Below, one piece after another: positions 1 to 7,820 of a stretch of 17,400 nt of DNA (positions are counted from its first letter, which is position 1; each line of letters begins with the position of its first letter). Below the pieces are notes generated by a model. It had not been told where the DNA came from. It did not search any database and saw only the letters and a list, made by a program, of their open reading frames with translations. The position numbers and the translations under genes were made by a program. The DNA is from a virus (Duplodnaviria; Heunggongvirae; Uroviricota; Caudoviricetes): the IMG/VR virus record IMGVR_UViG_3300002220_006883; one strand, 5' to 3'.

Positions 1-1
1 A

Positions 2-1078
2 TCTTGAATCAAGAACAGATATCAAAATGGACTCATGATTTTCAATAGTATTTTTTGTTTTCAACCATTGTTTTAAAAATCCTTTTTTATTGCTAATTAA
101 TTCCGCTTTAGCTGGTAGGGAAGTAACCAATTTTGTAATATCTGTAGGCATTTCTTTGGTTTTTTCAAACTTGTTAATGGTTTTTATTTTTCCTTGTTGA
201 AATAATCTTTCTTTTAATGATATTTGCTTATTCGGACTAACTATATAATCCATACAATCAAGATTGATTTTTTTAATTTCCAATAAATTTAATAAAGAGT
301 TAAATGCATGTTCGTTTTTCATATTTGCAGCAGCAAAAACTATTCTACTTTGTAAATCTATAGTGTCTGTATGTTGAGAAGAAATTTCTTTCCAAATATT
401 TTTATCTTTTAAAAATAAAGATTCTCTATATTCATAAGTAGACCTTGATTTTGTTTTTAATGCAAAAGCATTTTCTAATTGCCAAATATTGGTCGCCAAA
501 AAAGTTTCAATGCCATTTTCTTTTTGAACAATAGTCCAAGGGGTTAATTCACTAAATTTACAAATTTTTTCCATTTGTTGATAGCTTTTAATTCCAATTA
601 AAAAATCATTTCTAAATTTAGTATTTTCTTTTAATCCAAATGAGTTCCATATTGTCTCAAGTTCTTCTGAAGTGGTAATATTTGAAGAAGTAGCTTGATT
701 AGATAGCTTTCTTAAACCAAAATTTTTATCTTCCAAAGCTGAAAAAAAATAATCATGAAAAGGTTTTTCAATAAGACTGGGTAAATTAAAGATATTTAAA
801 TCTTCAATTCTTTTTTTAGTTATTCTATCTGTATTAGTATAGCATTCAAAATCTTTAATGGAGTGCCAACTAATTAGATTTTTTTCAAAAAGTAAATGAA
901 AGTTATCAATTATATTTTTTGAGTTTTTTTCATCTTTTGAAAATTCAACATACAAAGATACAATATCTTCCACTTTGCTTTGCAATGGAATGTTCTTATC
1001 TAAGATTAGAATTTGAATTTTTTCTTTTATGTTTTCTTCTTGATTCAATATGGAATCTTTTATATTTTGATAAATCAT
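2..1078 (-). CDS. Hypothetical protein, partial (runs off the left edge; >=359 aa; begins MIYQNIKDSILNQEENIKEKIQILILDKNIPLQSKVEDIVSLYVEF...)
   Basis: Translated by hand: ATG at 1078-1076 with no in-frame stop down to position 2. AGAGGG SD-like motif lies 5 nt upstream. It is absent from the supplied track, presumably because its stop is outside the window. No family motif recognised. Confidence 0.85.
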   Translation of the reverse strand, partial: MIYQNIKDSILNQEENIKEKIQILILDKNIPLQSKVEDIVSLYVEFSKDEKNSKNIIDNFHLLFEKNLISWHSIKDFECYTNTDRITKKRIEDLNIFNLPSLIEKPFHDYFFSALEDKNFGLRKLSNQATSSNITTSEELETIWNSFGLKENTKFRNDFLIGIKSYQQMEKICKFSELTPWTIVQKENGIETFLATNIWQLENAFALKTKSRSTYEYRESLFLKDKNIWKEISSQHTDTIDLQSRIVFAAANMKNEHAFNSLLNLLEIKKINLDCMDYIVSPNKQISLKERLFQQGKIKTINKFEKTKEMPTDITKLVTSLPAKAELISNKKGFLKQWLKTKNTIENHESILISVLDSR

Positions 1079-1125
1079 TTTTTCCCTCTATAATATGATT
1101 ATATCAAATCACATTTTAATGTCTA
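1067..1125. promoter_or_regulatory. Overlapping divergent sigma70-like promoters
   Basis: Plus strand: TTGATA (1067-1072), 16 nt, TATAAT (1089-1094). Minus strand: TAGACA (1125-1120), 16 nt, TATAAT (1103-1098). They lie between the divergent starts at 1078 (-) and 1126/1138 (+). AT-richness makes chance matches possible. Confidence 0.5.
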
Positions 1126-3039
1126 ATGGGAAACAACATGTTAAATACTTTACCTGAAATCATCAATAATTTAAACAATCCTTATATCGCATTAGCTGAA
1201 TCTATAAGAGATAAGGAACAAAATAGCTCATTAATAAATTTACTAAGTTTCATTAAAAGTAATACCAAAGAAAATATCAATGAAGAAATGTTTTTTGTAG
1301 AACATTCTAAAAACAGTTACTACAATAGAAATGATACAATGAATATATTATCTAATAATATTATTGAGATCATTGGAAGTATTCCTTATTCATCTACTTA
1401 TTCTTGGCGAAACAATAAGCCAAATGAAATATTTAATTTATTGGAGTCATTAAATTTTGACTTTACAAAAGAAACAAAAATTTGGAGTATACCAGCAAAT
1501 AATATTGAAGAATTTATTGATGTTAAAAATAAAAGTGATTTAATTAATAAACTACAAGAATTAAATATTAATTTTGAATTAAATGACCCAATTTTTAATA
1601 ATGTTTCAATGCAAGAAGAAAGAAACATTTGTTTATTAGGTAAAGCTTTTAAACAAATGAAAAAAGAAGATTTTGAAAAAAGAGTACAAAAATATGAAAC
1701 ATTAATTGAGGCAGTTAAACAAAATAAAATAAACCTTATTAAATTTTTAATTGAAGATTGTGGAGTTAATCCTAACATTACAAATGATAATTTAACAACT
1801 CCAATAATGGTGTGTAATAAATTATCAACATTAGAATTATTAAACAACTATAATATTGATTGGTTTGCAAAAAATATTTTAGGTAAAGACTGCATTTCTA
1901 ACTTTACAACTTTATCAGACAAAGAACAAAGCAAAGATATGGTAAATCTAGCTCAAAAAAGAATAAATGAATCAGTTAATTCAAATGGTAACAATATAGA
2001 TAAAAGTTATATAGAAAAAAGAATTAAGCAAAATTTACTAGAAATGGTAGAAGCTGATAGAACTAAAAAAGAATTAGAAGACTTTATTAAAAAATATAGA
2101 ATAAAAGATTTTTCTGATATTTTTGATAAAGAAAATAACTCTTTAGCTCAAATTTGCTTAAGTAAACAGAATTGGGCTAGATTTAATATATTTAAAAACT
2201 CTTATAATTTAGAACACACAAATCAAAAAGGAGAAGGATATTTAGAGTGTTTGTTTAAAATGGAAAGAGTATCTTATGAAGAACAAGGGAAAAGAGTATT
2301 TACTGAATTATTACAGTATAATGTTCAAGATAAAAATACCAATTTTGCATTTAATGTAATGAAAGATGATTTTGAAAATGAAAGAACTCTAAGTTTACCT
2401 AAATGGTTTTTAAATAAACAAAATATTAATTGGGTTAGTTCAAAATTTGTTAATGAAGATTTAGCAAAAGAAATAGTTCAAAAGTTTCCAGAACGATTTC
2501 AATACTATTATTTTAATAATTATAATAAAGTCCAAGAAGAAGATTTGAATGTAGTAAAATTTAAAAGTTTATTATTTCTTGGATATATGGTTAAACATAA
2601 TAAACAAGAACAATTAAATGAATTGCCTGTTGAGAAGATTTTCACTAAAGAAAAAGATTATCTTAATGAAAATAAAGTTATTTATAAAGTAAAAACACAT
2701 AATTTATTAAACTTTTTAGCTATTACTGAAAACATAAAAGAAAATGAGTTACTTACAGGATTTAATTTAGAAAAATTATGGAATAAGTTTGAACAAAAAT
2801 CTGTAGAACATTTGATAAAAGCCCATCATAATAAAGATGACAGTTTTATTGAAAATAATAGAGAAGTTATGTTATTATTGTTAGAAAGAAACAGTGACTT
2901 ATTTAAAGCAATATTAAATGATGATTTTTTAACTACAATTTCATCTGATAAAGAGTTAAGTGTTAAAAGTAGCTATCTATTGTTAAATGATGATTTAAAC
3001 AGTAAAATAAAGATAGAAAAGAAAATTAATAAAATTTAA
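1126..3039 (+). CDS. Large protein with ankyrin-like repeat(s); likely start ATG 1138
   Basis: 637-aa ORF. LIEAVKQNKINLIKFLIEDCGVNPNITNDNLTTPIMVC fits the ankyrin consensus, and a more degenerate unit follows (NSLAQICLSKQNWARF...NLEHTNQKGEGYLECL). GGGA lies 6 nt before ATG 1138. Confidence 0.6.
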   Translation: MGNNMLNTLPEIINNLNNPYIALAESIRDKEQNSSLINLLSFIKSNTKENINEEMFFVEHSKNSYYNRNDTMNILSNNIIEIIGSIPYSSTYSWRNNKPNEIFNLLESLNFDFTKETKIWSIPANNIEEFIDVKNKSDLINKLQELNINFELNDPIFNNVSMQEERNICLLGKAFKQMKKEDFEKRVQKYETLIEAVKQNKINLIKFLIEDCGVNPNITNDNLTTPIMVCNKLSTLELLNNYNIDWFAKNILGKDCISNFTTLSDKEQSKDMVNLAQKRINESVNSNGNNIDKSYIEKRIKQNLLEMVEADRTKKELEDFIKKYRIKDFSDIFDKENNSLAQICLSKQNWARFNIFKNSYNLEHTNQKGEGYLECLFKMERVSYEEQGKRVFTELLQYNVQDKNTNFAFNVMKDDFENERTLSLPKWFLNKQNINWVSSKFVNEDLAKEIVQKFPERFQYYYFNNYNKVQEEDLNVVKFKSLLFLGYMVKHNKQEQLNELPVEKIFTKEKDYLNENKVIYKVKTHNLLNFLAITENIKENELLTGFNLEKLWNKFEQKSVEHLIKAHHNKDDSFIENNREVMLLLLERNSDLFKAILNDDFLTTISSDKELSVKSSYLLLNDDLNSKIKIEKKINKI

Positions 3040-3048
3040 GGAAGAAAA

Positions 3049-4194
3049 ATGACTGAACAAGAATTATTAGAGTTAGAAAAATTAAGAAAACAGCAGGAAC
3101 TTGAAGAAATGGCAGAAAAAAACTGTATTTTAAGAGTTGTAGCTGGTTCACATGCCTATGGAACTAATATCCCATCAAGTGATTGGGATGAGCGTGGTAT
3201 TTTTGTTGATACTATGTCTAGGATAATATTACCATTTGAAAAAATTGAACAAGTTCAATTAAGTAGGGATGATATTGTTTTATTTGAATTATCTAAGTAT
3301 ATGCCATTATTATTATCACAGAACCCAAATGTGATTGAATTAATATGGACAGATCCTAGTGATATTTTACATAAAAATGAATCAGGAGAATTATTGTTGG
3401 ATAATCGTAAAGAATTTCTATCAAAACAAGTAAAAGATAGTTATGTTGGTTATGCACAATCTCAATTAAAAAGAATTAAGGGGCATAATAAATGGATAAA
3501 TAGTCCACAACCAGAAGCAGAACCAGAACCAAAAGATTTTACTTCTGTGGTTTGGAATTATACTGCAACAAAAGAATTTAATAAAAAAGTTCCATTTGAA
3601 GGTTTTGTTGCAGTAGATATTGGAGATAACCATTATTCTTTATGGTCAATTGATAAATTAAAAATTGATAAAAAGCCTTGGATAGATAAAAGGGGAAATC
3701 CCAATCCAATTCAAAAAAATGAATTTGAAAAATTTAACCCAAACAATTTACCACCAGATTTAATTGTTAAGTTAAATAAATCATTATTTGAATCACATCA
3801 TACAAATTGGAAGATGTATTGGAACTGGAAGAAAAATCGCAATGAAAAACGTTCTGTGTTAGAAGAGCAATTTGGTTACGATGTTAAACATGCAATGCAT
3901 TTAATTAGATTATTAAGAAGTGGTTTGGATATTCTTGAAAATGGAGTTGTTCCAGTAAGAAGACCAGATAGAGAATATTTAATGGATATTAGAAATGGTA
4001 AGTTCACTTACGAAGAAATTGTAGCTGAAAGTGAAAAATTAACTAAAAAAGTAGAAGAAATAAGCAAAAAGAGTTCATTAAAAGATGCTCCAAATTATGA
4101 TTTAGCAAAAGAAATTATGTTAGAGATATATAAAAAACAATGGAGTCTAGAACCAGAAATGAATCTCAAATCTTCAAACAAAGTTAAGCTTTAA
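3049..4194 (+). CDS. DNA polymerase beta superfamily nucleotidyltransferase (PF10127 / RlaP-like, as in T4 NrdC.11-type phage proteins)
   Basis: N-terminal VAGSHAYGTNIPSSDWDERGIF (GS...YG...SDxD metal-binding motif), NPNVIELIW, and C-terminal GYDVKHAMHLIRLL...RPDREYLMDIRNG typical of this family. SD AAGGAAG overlaps the upstream stop. Confidence 0.85.
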   Translation: MTEQELLELEKLRKQQELEEMAEKNCILRVVAGSHAYGTNIPSSDWDERGIFVDTMSRIILPFEKIEQVQLSRDDIVLFELSKYMPLLLSQNPNVIELIWTDPSDILHKNESGELLLDNRKEFLSKQVKDSYVGYAQSQLKRIKGHNKWINSPQPEAEPEPKDFTSVVWNYTATKEFNKKVPFEGFVAVDIGDNHYSLWSIDKLKIDKKPWIDKRGNPNPIQKNEFEKFNPNNLPPDLIVKLNKSLFESHHTNWKMYWNWKKNRNEKRSVLEEQFGYDVKHAMHLIRLLRSGLDILENGVVPVRRPDREYLMDIRNGKFTYEEIVAESEKLTKKVEEISKKSSLKDAPNYDLAKEIMLEIYKKQWSLEPEMNLKSSNKVKL

Positions 4195-4215
4195 TAATTA
4201 TATTTAAAAAAAGCG

Positions 4216-4238
4216 AAAGCCTTGATTTTCAAGGCTTT
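4216..4238. terminator. Palindromic hairpin, copy 1 (AAAGCCTTGA-TTT-TCAAGGCTTT); probable bidirectional intrinsic terminator
   Basis: Perfect 10-bp inverted repeat followed by T residues, lying between the convergent stops at 4194 (+) and 4261 (-). Confidence 0.8.
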
Positions 4239-4260
4239 TTCTTATTCTAAGAATGCTTAT

Positions 4261-5835
4261 TTATTCATCTTCTGAAAAACCAATACTAATTTCTTCAGTA
4301 TAGATTTTTTCTAAAGATGTTTCTGTTTTCAAGTGATTAAAAAAATCAATTAATGTTTTCTTGAAAACAGCAGACTGCCCCTCTATTTTTTCAATTTCTT
4401 TAATCCACTCAGTAAAATGGCCAAAATTTAATTTATTAGTGACCTTTTTATATTTAGCATCAGTTAAAAAAGAATTTTCATTTAAATTGAATATAAAAGT
4501 CTCAATACCAAATTTAGTATTATATTTAGATGCAAACTTTGCAAAACCAGAGATATAACTTGTAATATAAAGTTGGTCAGAAAGAGTTTGTTCTTTATTA
4601 ATAATTTTGATTAAATTATAAAGAATTCCAGAAACAAACATTTCTATATCTTTTAAATTTTTATCGTGTTGTTTTTTGAATACTCCTAAAATGGGTTCAA
4701 AAACATTCGCTTTTAAGTCTTCTTCTGAAATAGGATTAGCAAAATTTCTAATAACACTTTTAAATGCAGATAAATTTGCATTAACTTTATCATTCCAATT
4801 AAAGTTTTCAATTGAATCTATTGCAAAATCAATATAATTTTTAACTTCATCTCCAATGACTATTTTCTTAATATTCATTGTTTCAGATTGTCTCATATAT
4901 CCTACTGGATTAGAAGCCATTCTAGTGGTTCCAATAAAACTATCTACTTCTTTATGAAAATGTCCGTGAATCCAAATATCTGGTGCAAAATTATGTTCAA
5001 AAAAATGATAGAAATTATTTACATAAAAACCCATCATTAAAATATCTTTTTCAGCAGGTATTTTTTGTTTTAAATACTCTTGATAAACTGCTTTATTGTT
5101 TATATAGGGAGCAGTTAAAATATTTTCATTCATACCTAATGTTTTCATCCAAAAGTCTGGAATAGGCAAGTGATGAGAAACAACAACTGTTTTACCTTCA
5201 AATGGTTCAATTATCTTGTTTTCAAGGAAATCTACACTAGCAGCATTTTCTTGAATTTGTAAAAATGGGTTAAAAGATTCAGTAGCAATCAAATTAGTAG
5301 CTTGATCATGCTCAACACCGTTTTTAATTAAAAACTTAAACATTTCATCAACTTTAGATGAATTCTTATAAAACTTTCTGGCAGTAATTCTACGAAAATC
5401 TGCCATAGATAAAAAGTGTTTCAAAACATAATTACGTTTAATCCAAGACCAACTTTGTGCCAATTCAGTCCACAAGGTTGCACCTAAAAAACGAACTCCA
5501 TGAAGAATAACTTCTTCATTATGTAAAAAATGAACATGTTCATAACCTGGTTGTTTACATTTTTCTCTAATTGCATCAATAACTTCATAGTAATCATTAT
5601 TCCAAAATTCGTGATTACCACAAATATAAACAATATCACAATCAAATTGAGATGCCCATTCTACTCCAGCATCTTTTTCTGCAATATCTCCAGCACAAAT
5701 TAAAACTGGAATATTACCAATAGTTTTACAATTTGTAATTTGCTCATGAAGTTGCTTGGCAAATGCCTGCTGCATTTCAATAGGTCTACCTTCTAGATGT
5801 AAATCATCTACTAAAAATAAATTAACTTGCTCCAT
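4261..5835 (-). CDS. Calcineurin-like metallophosphoesterase with a long C-terminal extension
   Basis: All five family motifs are in order: VDDLHLE (DxH), CAGDI (GD), CGNHEFW (GNH), VSHHLP (H), WIHGHFH (GHxH), then ASNPVGY. ATG 5835 with GGAAG upstream is preferred over the track's TTG at 5889. Confidence 0.88.
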   Translation of the reverse strand: MEQVNLFLVDDLHLEGRPIEMQQAFAKQLHEQITNCKTIGNIPVLICAGDIAEKDAGVEWASQFDCDIVYICGNHEFWNNDYYEVIDAIREKCKQPGYEHVHFLHNEEVILHGVRFLGATLWTELAQSWSWIKRNYVLKHFLSMADFRRITARKFYKNSSKVDEMFKFLIKNGVEHDQATNLIATESFNPFLQIQENAASVDFLENKIIEPFEGKTVVVSHHLPIPDFWMKTLGMNENILTAPYINNKAVYQEYLKQKIPAEKDILMMGFYVNNFYHFFEHNFAPDIWIHGHFHKEVDSFIGTTRMASNPVGYMRQSETMNIKKIVIGDEVKNYIDFAIDSIENFNWNDKVNANLSAFKSVIRNFANPISEEDLKANVFEPILGVFKKQHDKNLKDIEMFVSGILYNLIKIINKEQTLSDQLYITSYISGFAKFASKYNTKFGIETFIFNLNENSFLTDAKYKKVTNKLNFGHFTEWIKEIEKIEGQSAVFKKTLIDFFNHLKTETSLEKIYTEEISIGFSEDE

Positions 5836-5895
5836 ATATCTTCCAATAATAATCTTTATTTTAAATACTAAACTTTTTAATAAAGTCAAAAAAAA

Positions 5896-6117
5896 TTAAA
5901 TATTTTTTGGTTTTTTATTATTAGTGATTTCTAAAGATGATTTGATATCTGTTAATAAGTCAATTAATTTATCTAAGGTTTCTGGATCTGTTTTTTTAGA
6001 AATAGTAATATCCCCATAAATGGAAATTTCTTCTGTTCCATTTTCAAAGGTTAATCCATTACTATTACCTATACTAACAGATTGAGAATCATTTTTAAAT
6101 GGCATAAATTTATTCAT
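5896..6117 (-). CDS. Small conserved hypothetical protein (73 aa)
   Basis: SD AAGGA and an 8-nt overlap with the upstream stop. The pattern F-x-N-D-S-x-S-V-S-I-G...L-T-x-E-N-G-x-x-x-I-S-I-Y-G-x-I-x-I resembles, from memory, an uncharacterised proteobacterial family (not verified by search). Confidence 0.7.
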   Translation of the reverse strand: MNKFMPFKNDSQSVSIGNSNGLTFENGTEEISIYGDITISKKTDPETLDKLIDLLTDIKSSLEITNNKKPKNI

Positions 6118-6931
6118 ATATTTTCCTTAAGTTATAATTTTGTCTCATAAAATCTAAATATTTAATGAAACCAAGTTGTGTTATTTTGATAGAAAGATCG
6201 TCAATTTTATTTTCTGTATTATTTTTTAAAAAATATTCAAAAAAAGGAAAGGCAAAATCAGTATATGATGATGATAGCTTATTTTTTTTAAATTGTGTTT
6301 TTCTAGCTTTAATTAATTTTTTTAGTTTAGCAAGTTCTTCTTTCTTTGTTATCATTAGATGGACAGCATTAATATCTGCAAACATTTCATGATAAACTAT
6401 ATATGGATAAGCTAAATTATTTTTATTTTTTTCAATCATACTTAATGATAAGTTTTCTAAAAGTGATAATTCTTGAAGGTTTTCTTTAGTTACATCAACC
6501 ATCCAATTTATATTGTTTTTATATAGCTGTTCTTTTCCTAAAACACAATGAGATATTTCATGCAATAAAATAAAAGTTATATCTTCATTTAAGTTATTGA
6601 AAAATAATAGATTATTTTTTTTATAGTTTACATGAACATAACAATTAGAGTCTTCATCTATACTATCACCATTAATAAGGGAACTATCTTTATTTGTAAT
6701 ATTAAATTCAATAAATAATTTTGAAATTTTTTTAGTTTGTTGTTCAGGTAAGAGATTAATAGCATTTTTAATGATTGTTTCAATATTTTTTTCATTATAA
6801 ATATTGTCAACACCAAATGATGTAAAAACAAAATCATAATCTATATTATTTTCACTTGCATAGCTAACAGATGAAAAAAGAAAAATACAAAAAAATATGA
6901 TTTTTTTAATTGTTTTGTTGAGATTATTCAT
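6110..6931 (-). CDS. Secreted HExxH zinc-metallopeptidase-like protein
   Basis: Signal-peptide-like N-terminus (KTIKKIIFFCIFLFSSVSYA/SE), ILLHEISHC (HExxH), and downstream HEMFAD supplying a gluzincin-type third ligand (ExxAD). Confidence 0.7.
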   Translation of the reverse strand: MNNLNKTIKKIIFFCIFLFSSVSYASENNIDYDFVFTSFGVDNIYNEKNIETIIKNAINLLPEQQTKKISKLFIEFNITNKDSSLINGDSIDEDSNCYVHVNYKKNNLLFFNNLNEDITFILLHEISHCVLGKEQLYKNNINWMVDVTKENLQELSLLENLSLSMIEKNKNNLAYPYIVYHEMFADINAVHLMITKKEELAKLKKLIKARKTQFKKNKLSSSYTDFAFPFFEYFLKNNTENKIDDLSIKITQLGFIKYLDFMRQNYNLRKIYE

Positions 6932-6968
6932 GTATAATGTTTTTTCTATTATTTTGAAAGATCATAAT

Positions 6969-7787
6969 ATGAAAAACAAAAATATTCAAGTAGAGTTAGA
7001 GTTAAATGAAAAAAACCAGGTAACAAAAAAGTCAATTGTCGATAATTGGCTACCAAGATATACTGGTATGCCATTAGAAAAATTTGGAAAACATGTATTA
7101 TTGGTAAATTTTAAACATTATTTACAAAGCTTCTCTGAGCATTATGGTGTGGAAATTTATGGTCAAGATAGAGCAATGCAAGCAGCTACTCATGATGATA
7201 TTACTATTATTAATTTTGGTATGGGAAGTGCCAATGCAGCAACAGTAATGGATTTATTAACTGCAATATCACCAAAAGCTTGTTTGTTTTTAGGTAAGTG
7301 TGGATCATTAAAAGATAAAATTCCAGTAGGATCTTTATTATTACCAATTGGTGCAATTCGTGGAGAGGGAGCCAGTAATGACTATCTTCCTGAAGCAGTT
7401 CCTGCATTGCCAGCATTTCAATTACAAAGAGCAGTTTCACACATCATAAAAAGGTATGAGCAAGAATACTTTACAGGAACTATTTATACAACAAATAGAA
7501 GAGTATGGGAACATGATGAAGATTTTAAGAAAAAGTTATCTTTAATGAGAGCTACAGCTATAGATATGGAAACAGCTACTATATTTGTTACTGGATTCCA
7601 TAACGATATACCAACTGGTGCTTTATTATTAGTAAGTGATCAACCAATGACACCTGAAGGAATTAAAACAGAAAATTCAGATAAAAATCTTACAAGTAAT
7701 TTCTCATTGTTACATTTAAAAATTGGTATGGATTCATTAAAGCAAATCAGAGATAGTGGCGAGTCTGTTAAACATCTAAAATATTAA
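6969..7787 (+). CDS. amn: AMP nucleosidase (short Bacteroidetes/Chlamydiae-type, PNP_UDP_1 fold)
   Basis: NWLPRYTG, ITIINFGMGSANAATVMDLL, LFLGKCG, AIRGEGASNDY, GTIYTTNRRVWEHD, AIDMETATIF, GALLLVSDQPM and the VKHLKY C-terminus match this family throughout. ATG 6969 is preferred because 6897 overlaps the divergent gene. Confidence 0.92.
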   Translation: MKNKNIQVELELNEKNQVTKKSIVDNWLPRYTGMPLEKFGKHVLLVNFKHYLQSFSEHYGVEIYGQDRAMQAATHDDITIINFGMGSANAATVMDLLTAISPKACLFLGKCGSLKDKIPVGSLLLPIGAIRGEGASNDYLPEAVPALPAFQLQRAVSHIIKRYEQEYFTGTIYTTNRRVWEHDEDFKKKLSLMRATAIDMETATIFVTGFHNDIPTGALLLVSDQPMTPEGIKTENSDKNLTSNFSLLHLKIGMDSLKQIRDSGESVKHLKY

Positions 7788-7794
7788 AACAATA

Positions 7795-7815
7795 AAGCCT
7801 TGGATTCCAAGGCTT
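7795..7815. terminator. Palindromic hairpin, copy 2 (AAGCCTTGG-ATT-CCAAGGCTT); probable bidirectional terminator
   Basis: 9-bp perfect stem with A- and T-rich flanks, between the convergent stops at 7787 (+) and 7821 (-). Confidence 0.8.
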
Positions 7816-7820
7816 ATTTT

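Noticed and set aside
3049-4194. CBASS CD-NTase, MNT antitoxin or CCA-adding enzyme
   Set aside because: The C-terminal YDVKHAMHLIRLL signature points to PF10127, and no Cap effector or HEPN partner is adjacent.
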